Shown: positions 25,578-33,627 of the stretch, in pieces
Layout: each line of letters opens with the position of its first letter
Numbering within the stretch: the first letter of the stretch is position 1
Position numbers and translations under genes: made by a program
Notes under the pieces: model-generated
What the model was told of the DNA's origin: nothing
Seen by the model: the letters and a program-made list of their open reading frames with translations, nothing else
The model's database searches: none
Source: Eledone cirrhosa
Lineage: Eukaryota
NCBI GenBank assembly: GCA_964016885.1
Contig: CAXHJY010001575.1
Span: forward strand, 1 to 33,627
Length of the DNA: 33,627 bases
Reading direction: 5' to 3'

Positions 25578-25950
25578 AACCATTATCACCACAAACACCA
25601 CTGCCGCCATCACCACCACCACCACAAACACCACCACCACCACCACCACAAACACCACCACCACCACCACCACCAACACCACAAACACATCCACCACCAC
25701 CATAAAGACCACCTCCTCCACCATTAACGTTACCACCACAACCAACACCATCACCACCACCACCATCACCACCACAACCATCATCACAACCATCACAACC
25801 ACCACCACCATCATCACTACCACCACCACAACCATCATCACAACCATCACCATCACCACCACCACCACCACTACTACTACCACCACCACCGTCACCACCA
25901 CAACCATCACCATCACCACCACCACCACCACCACTACCACCACCACCACC
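25578..25950. repeat. (ACC/ATC)n trinucleotide repeat
   Basis: Direct reading. Confidence 0.95.
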
Positions 25951-26037
25951 CAGCCGTCCCCCCACATCACATGATCCCAACCCAGCCTGTAAGAGATATT
26001 TGGCATCTTATTGACATCACAGCAGTCTGGGGGCCGC

Positions 26038-26905
<868 letters not shown>

Positions 26906-27036
26906 TGCAAAAGGCAAACAGAAATAACAAAGCAAACAACACAGTACAATGAAGAAATATAATATTAGTATTACGCTTGATAGTAGGAAAAGAGTCTTAA
27001 CATTTCGGACGCTAGTCCTACATCAAAAGACAGAAT
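26906..27036 (-). mobile_element. Family 2 hammerhead-bearing element with mutated core
   Basis: Minus strand GTCTT-TTGATGT-AGGAC(TAGC)GTCC-GAAA-TGTT-AAGAC...TCAAGCGTAATACTAATAT...GTTATTTCTGTTTGCCTTTT is colinear with 5255-5378. Confidence 0.75.
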
Positions 27037-27464
27037 ATATGTATGTATGTATGTATGTATGTGTGTATGTATGTGTGTGTGTATGTGTGTATGTATGTAT
27101 GTATGTATGTATGTATGTATGTATGTATGTATGTATGTATGTATGTGTGTATGTGTGACTGTGTCATTTGGCATACATTTTGTGTATACATACATCCATC
27201 CATACATACTATACGTATATACAATTATAACTTTCCTTGATTCTGACCTTCCCTTGTCGACGACACCTCGTCCCTTCCCACCGAAACTTCTCCTGTCCTT
27301 CCCCTTCCGACACTTCCGCTATCCACCTCACCTTCCACCCCCACCCCCCACAATGGTGCCTTATCGATCTAACACTCACTAATTCCCTCTCACTACAACC
27401 ACCACTTTGACCTGAGAATTCCTCAGACATATTTCAGTTTGAGCAATCAACAGTTGTTTATACA

Positions 27465-28200
27465 TTTGGCACAGGGCCAGCAACTACCCCCACTGCATTA
27501 CTGGTACTTTATTTTATCGACTCCGTAATAATTGCCTCTACTTTTGGCACAAGGCCAGCAATTATCGACCCCCAGTGCATTACTGGTATTTTATTTTATC
27601 TATCCTGTAAGGATGAAAGGCCATCGCACTATTTGTCGTCGCTTTTAACATTTTGAGTTCAAATCCGACCAAAGTCAACTTTGCCTTTCATCCTTCCGAG
27701 GTCGATAAAATAGAGAAGCAGTCAAGTACTGACCCTGTGCCTAAATTAGAAATATTTATTATAACAGGAGATGAAAGGTAAAGCTATTTTCCCGCCGAAG
27801 TTACATTTGTCTTTCATCGCTTCAAATTGCCAAAAGGTAGAAACAGTTATTTCGGATGGTTGATCCCTTGTGGTATTTTGTCATAGTTCACACACACATT
27901 ATATATATATATATACATACACACACTTACGGGGTCGATAAAATAAAGTACCAGTAATCTACTCTGTGTTAATTGCTGGTCTTGTCCCAAAAGTAGAAAC
28001 AATTATTAAAGATACGGTGGTGAATTGGCAGTATCGGTAGAGGGTCGGACATGCTTTCCAGTATAGTTACATCTCTTTCCATTCTGAGATCAAATCCCGT
28101 CGAGGTTAACTTTGCCTTTCATCCTTACGGGGTCGATAAAATAAAGTACCAGTAATGCACTGGGTAATTGCTGGCCTTGTGCCAAAAATAGAAACTATTA
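27465..28200. mobile_element. Cluster of family A SINE fragments in both orientations
   Basis: Minus: 27465-27528 and 27537-27621 (tandem 3' halves). Plus: 27655-27755, 27790-27848, 27928-28008 and a near-full copy at 28014-28200. Confidence 0.85.
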
Positions 28201-28366
28201 TATATATATATATATATAGATGTGTGAGTATATATAAATATACACATATATATATATATACACTCATCTATATATATATATATATACACATCTATCTATA
28301 TATACATCTATCTATCTATATATACATCTATCTATATATACATCTATCTATCTATATATACATCTA

Positions 28367-28424
<58 letters not shown>

Positions 28425-28727
28425 TCTATCTATCTATCTATCTATATATATATATATATACACACACACATCTATCTATCTATATATATATATATATATA
28501 CACACACCGATTATATCAGACATAAGGCTAAGACTAAAACAACAAACAAGCAACCACAATGCGACCGTCTGTGTGTGTTTGCGCAGGCACGTATATGTAT
28601 GTGTGTGTATGTGTGTGTGTGTATACGTACGACCTAGACAGACGTTAAAACTATACAACTAACTGTCAGGTCGGCCATTGAAGCTAGTTTAATCTATTTG
28701 GTTTATGGCATTTTTCTGGTTTTCCCA

Positions 28728-28819
<92 letters not shown>

Positions 28820-28957
28820 CATGTGTGTGTATCTATATATGTGTATGTATGTATGTATGTATGTATGTGTGTGTGTGTGTGTATGTGTATATATACATGT
28901 GTGTGTATTTATATATGTGTATGTATGTATGTATGTATGTATGTATGTATGTATGTA

Positions 28958-29015
<58 letters not shown>

Positions 29016-29035
29016 TGTGTGTGTGTGTACATATA
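28200..29035. repeat. (TA)n/(TATC)n/(TG)n/(TATG)n microsatellites
   Basis: Direct reading. Confidence 0.9.
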
Positions 29036-29043
29036 CATGTAGT

Positions 29044-29319
29044 GGAGGCACGTGGCCTGGTGGTAAGGGTGTTGGAGCTACGATCATAATGTCGTGGGTT
29101 CGATTCCTGAGTTACGTGTTGTGTTCTTGAGCAAAACCCTTCATTTCACGTTGCTCCAGTATACTCAGCTGAAAATGCGTACCAGCAATAGCTGGAGGTT
29201 TAACCCTGCCATGGACTGGCGTCCTGTCCAGGGGGGAGTCTTGTACTCTCAGTCACTTCACGCCATGAAACCGGGATAAGCACCGGCCAAATGAGACTTC
29301 TGGCTTAAGACAGACTTTA
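29044..29319 (+). mobile_element. tRNA-derived SINE, family B, full length
   Basis: A-box TGGCCTGGTGG (29053-29063), B-box GGTTCGATTCC (29097-29107), central CTTGAGCAAAACCCTT, and CCCTGCCATGGACTGGCGTCCTGTCCAGGGG. Confidence 0.9.
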
Positions 29320-29320
29320 G

Positions 29321-29376
29321 ATATATATGTATATATATATATATATATATTATGTATGTATATATATATATACGCG

Positions 29377-29441
<65 letters not shown>

Positions 29442-29558
29442 TATGTATATATAGATATATATATATATATTTATTTATTATGTATGTATATATATATATA
29501 TATATAGATATATATATTTATTATGTATGTATATATATATATATATATATTTATTATG

Positions 29559-29609
<51 letters not shown>

Positions 29610-29613
29610 TATG

Positions 29614-29654
<41 letters not shown>

Positions 29655-29832
29655 GTATGTATATATATATATGTGGGTGTGTGTTTGTGTGTGTGTGTAT
29701 ATATATATATGTGTATCGGTGTATATATGAACATATATGCTTATTATGTATGTATATATATATATATATTTATATGTATGTATATATATGTACATATATA
29801 TTTATGTGTATTAATATGTATATATGTATATA
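29321..29832. repeat. (TA)n array with repeating TTTATTATGTATG interruptions
   Basis: Direct reading. Confidence 0.9.
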
Positions 29833-29946
29833 GAAAGACGACACCCCTCCCACCACCACTGCCACTTCCACCACATCACACTCCCTCCTCTTCTAGTTCT
29901 TTTCCTTGTCTCTCTCTTTCCATATACTCACACAGACCCTTATCTC

Positions 29947-29977
<31 letters not shown>

Positions 29978-30060
29978 CTCCCTCCTCTACCCTACAGTCA
30001 CCCTTGTTAGGAGATTAGATAAAGAAGCTCTGATTGAAGAGGAGGAGGGGAGGAAGAAGC

Positions 30061-30587
30061 GGTGGTGGTGATGTTGGTGGGGATGGTGGGGATGGTGGTG
30101 GTGGTGGTGGTGGTGATGGTGGTGGTGGTGGTGGTGGTGGTGATGGTGGTGATGGTGGTGGTGATGGTGGTGGTAGTGGTGGGGATGGTGGTGATGGTGG
30201 TAGTGGTGGGGATGGTGGTGGTGGTGGGGATGGTGGTGGTGGTGGTGGTGGTGGTGATGGTAGTGGTGGTGGTGGTGGTGGTGATGGTGGTGATGGTGGT
30301 GGTAGTGGTGGGGATGGTGGTGATGGTGGTGGTGGTGGTGGTGGTGATGGTGGTGGTGGTGGTGGTGGTGGTGTGGATGGTGGTGGGGATGGTGGTGATG
30401 GTAGTGGTGGTGATGGTAGTGGTGGTGGTGGTGGTGATGGTGGTGGTGGTGGTGTGGATGGTGGTGGGGATGGTGGTGATGGTAGTGGTGGTGGTGGGGA
30501 TGGTGGTGGGGATGGTGGTGATGGTGGTGGTGGTGGTGGGGATGGTGGTGGGGATGGTGGTGGGGATGGTGGTGATGGTGGTGGTGA
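30061..30587. repeat. (GGT/GAT)n trinucleotide repeat
   Basis: Direct reading. Confidence 0.95.
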
Positions 30588-30831
30588 TCGCATTGCACTG
30601 CCATCGTGCTGATAACGTCTGGTATGTACGTGAATGTGTATATGTGTACGTGTGTGTGGTGCATGTGTGTGTGTGTGTGTGTATGTTTTTCATTTTGAGG
30701 TGTCACCACAATGCAGGTAACTATAAATTTAAAAAAAATTAATAAAACTGCCCCACCCCTCGGAGCTGGAAAAAAACAGAAATACACACACGCGCGCGCG
30801 CGAGATAATGAAGTTTCACTTTAAAATGTTT

Positions 30832-30938
30832 TTATTGCATATCGAAAGTTACGTGTGTTTCGCTGATGATCGGCTCCAAGTCATTATCGATGTGATAGAC
30901 CTTACTCCAGCTATCAATCTTCTCGTCAATCATGTGGA
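30832..30938 (-). CDS. Possible short coding exon (xHMIDEKIDSWSKVYHIDNDLEPIISETHVTFDMQ*), product unknown
   Basis: Unique, compositionally balanced island with an open frame after a TAG acceptor (30941-30939). The TAA stop overlaps AATAAA. No homology recognised. Confidence 0.2.
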
Positions 30939-30942
30939 CTAT

Positions 30943-31172
30943 GGTAAGTGTGATGGTGGTGGTGGTGGTGGTAAGTGTGATGGTGGTGGTAAGTGTGATG
31001 GTGGTGGTAAGTGTGATGGTGGTGGTGGTAAGTGTGATGGTGGTGGTAAGTGTGATGGTGGTGGTGGTAAGTGTGATGGTGGTGGTAAGTGTGATGGTGG
31101 TGGTGGTGGTAAGTGTGATGGTGGTGGTGGTAAGTGTGATGGTGGTGGTGGTGGTAAGTGTGATGGTGGTGG
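30943..31172. repeat. GGTAAGTGTGAT(GGT)n minisatellite, 11 units
   Basis: Direct reading. Confidence 0.95.
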
Positions 31173-31484
31173 CAACAGAGTGGTGTGGGGTGATGGCTAC
31201 AGAAAGGTGCCTGGTAGTGATGCTGTGTCGTTTTAAGCATGTACAGTGTGATCTATCTACCTATCTATCTATCTATCTCCCTCTATCTACCTATCTATCT
31301 ATCTCCCTACCTATCTATCTCTCTATCTATCCTTTCGTCTGTCACTCAGAATGTATGTCTCTCTATTCATCTATCTCAGTTTGTCACTCTCTCTATATAT
31401 GCATGTGTATGTGTATGTATGTATGTATGTATGTGTATATATATATATATGTGTGTGTGTGAGTGAGTGTGTGCGTTTGTGTGT

Positions 31485-31555
31485 ATTAGCTATTAGTATA
31501 ACGCTTGAAATGAGAGGAAGGTTCTCTAAACGTTTCGGACTTTCGTTCTTGCAAG
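31485..31555 (-). mobile_element. Family 2 hammerhead element remnant (3' half)
   Basis: Minus strand GAACGAAAGTCC-GAAA-CGTT-TAGAG...TTCCT...ATTTCAAGCGTTATACTAATA matches 5276-5324. Confidence 0.55.
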
Positions 31556-31963
31556 AAAAAAAAAAATTTAAATGAGGGAAGGAAGGAGAGGGGGTGTGGG
31601 GAGGAATAGGGTGGGGCGTGGGTGGGGTGGGGATAACATAGTTAACAGAATATGAAAGAAGATGAACGTGAGGGATAGGTGGAGGAGCGACAGAGGTGGG
31701 GGGGGGGGAGAGACGAAGAAGGTTCCGCTGATGAATCAACAAGGTTGTTGGTAAGAGATAGGTGAAGGTTAGTTGCACGGGTGTGGGCGCGGGTGGGAGG
31801 CCCTTCTGACTTGAGGGAGTGTGAGAAGGAGAGGAGAGGAGAGGAGTATGTGCTCTGTGCCGCCGGGTAAATAGTCTGGCCACATGTTGAGCCTAGGTCT
31901 TAAAAAACATGGTTCCGGTTCTAAGAGAAATGGCGTGTTTAGTATAAGTGGGTAGGGTGGAGA

Positions 31964-32605
31964 TAGAAGTGATAGAGAGGTAGAAAGTAAGAGAGAGGAA
32001 GAAAGTGATAGAGAGGAAGAAAGTGATAGAGAGGAAGAAAGTAATAGAGAGGTAGAAAGTGATAGAGAGGTAGAAAGTGATAGAGAGGAAGAAAGTGATA
32101 GAGAGGAAGAAAGTAATAGAGAGGTAGAAAGTGATAGAGAGGTAGAAAGTAAGAGAGAGGAAGAAAGTGATAGAGAGGAAGAAAGTAATAGAGAGGTAGA
32201 AAGTGATAGAGAGGTAGAAAGTAAGAGAGAGGAAGAAAGTGATAGAGAGGTAGAAAGTAATAGAGAGGAAGAAAGTGATAGAGAGGTAGAAAGTAAGAGA
32301 GAGGAAGAAAGTGATAGAGAGGAAGAAAGTAATAGAGAGGTAGAAAGTAATAGAGAGGTAGAAAGTGATAGAGAGGAAGAAAGTGATAGAGAGGAAGAAA
32401 GTAATAGAGAGGAAGAAAGTGATAGAGGGGTAGAAAGTAATAGAGAGGAAGAAAGTGATAGAGAGGTAGAAAGTGATAGAGAGGAAGAAAGTGATAGAGA
32501 GGAAGAAAGTAATAGAGAGGAAGAAAGTAATAGAGAGGTAGAAAGTGATAGAGAGGAAGAAAGTGATAGAGAGGAAGAAAGTAAGAGAGAGGAAGAAAGT
32601 GATAG
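31964..32605. repeat. 18-bp purine-rich minisatellite AGAAAGTRAWAGAGAGGW, about 35 units
   Basis: Direct reading. Confidence 0.97.
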
Positions 32606-32699
32606 ATGGCGGACATTACTAAAACAAAGTAAAAAACATCAGTATGACATTACTACAGTGTTGTAAACATCTGTAAACGTCCATTACTACAACCACCTC

Positions 32700-33627
32700 T
32701 AACCGACACTACAACCAACACTACCACCAACACCAACACTACAACCAACACTACAACCAACACTACCACCAACACCAACACTACAACCAACACTACAACC
32801 AACACCAACACTACAACCAACACCATCACAACAACCAACACTACAACCAACACCAACAACACCATCACTACCACCATCACAACAACCAACACTACAACCA
32901 TCACCATCACCAACAACACCACCACTACCACCATCACTACAACCAACACTACAACCATCACCATCACCAACAACACCACCACTACCACCAACACTACAAC
33001 CAACACCATCACCAACAACACCACCACTACCACCAACACTACAACCATCACCATCACTACAACCAACACTACAACCATCACCAACAACACCACCACTACC
33101 ACCATCACTACCACCAACACTACAACCATCACCATCACCAACAACACCACCACTACCACCAACACTACAACCAACACCAACACAAACAACACCACCACTA
33201 CCACCACCACTACCACCACCACTACCACCAACACTACAACCAACACTACAACCAACACCAACACAAACAACACCACCACTACCACCACCACTACCACCAC
33301 CACTACCACCAACACTACAACCAACACCAACAACACCACCACTACCACCAACACTACAACCAACACCATCACCAACAACACACCACTACCACCAACACTA
33401 CAACCAACACCATCACCAACAACACCACCACTACCATCACCACCAACACTACAACAACATCAGCATCTCAACAACAAAGCTACCACAACACCAACAGCTT
33501 GAACTATATCAACAACTGCAGCATCACAACAACACTGGCAACAACTGTAACAACAACAACGACAGTAACAACAACAGTAAGAAGAACAACAACAACAACA
33601 GTAAGAAGAAGAAGAACAACAACAATA
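32700..33627. repeat. (ACC/AAC/ACT/ACA)n trinucleotide-derived repeat with higher-order blocks
   Basis: Direct reading. Confidence 0.95.

Noticed and set aside
29044-29115. tRNA gene
   Set aside because: A and B boxes are present, but there is no complete cloverleaf and the sequence continues into a SINE body.
29987-30787. Poly-His/Pro/Thr/Gly/Val ORFs (also 6511-7368, 25516-26270, 32653-33381, 17198-18210)
   Set aside because: Trinucleotide repeats open in nearly all frames, with no unique domain or splice context.
30843-30875. GAAA...CTGATGA near the candidate exon
   Set aside because: No helix II pairing. Likely a chance occurrence.
31939-32616. ORF of repeated YHFLPL resembling a peptide precursor
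   Set aside because: No signal peptide and no dibasic cleavage sites. It is the antisense of an 18-bp minisatellite.

Overview
Repeat-dominated, essentially non-coding eukaryotic DNA. It is most likely an octopus (coleoid cephalopod) intron or intergenic region, inferred from the SINE families and the very dense TA/CA/GGT microsatellites. Almost every ORF in the supplied track is a translation artefact of simple repeats, and no gene can be called confidently. The main signal lies in the short unique-looking islands between (TA)n tracts. They hold at least six recognisable type-I hammerhead ribozyme (HHR) motifs from about five sequence-unrelated families (5255-5290+, 5603-5717+, 7687-7754-, 7982-8044-, 14611-14676+, 15185-15236+), plus several decayed or half copies. 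Many sit in long fold-back repeats that duplicate the ribozyme 3' half in antisense, and the families share a small TACTC...GAGTR hairpin downstream of the ribozyme. This fits non-autonomous, microsatellite-associated Penelope-like (pLTR/HHR) or retrozyme-like elements. Also present: tRNA-derived SINEs of two families, an RTE-clade LINE 3' end inserted into a SINE with a 12-bp TSD, a duplicated element with a 58-bp minisatellite, several higher-order satellites, a 3.8-kb TA array, and a candidate TATA/CCAAT core promoter pointing out of the left edge. All structures were paired by eye, so activity and family assignments are untested.
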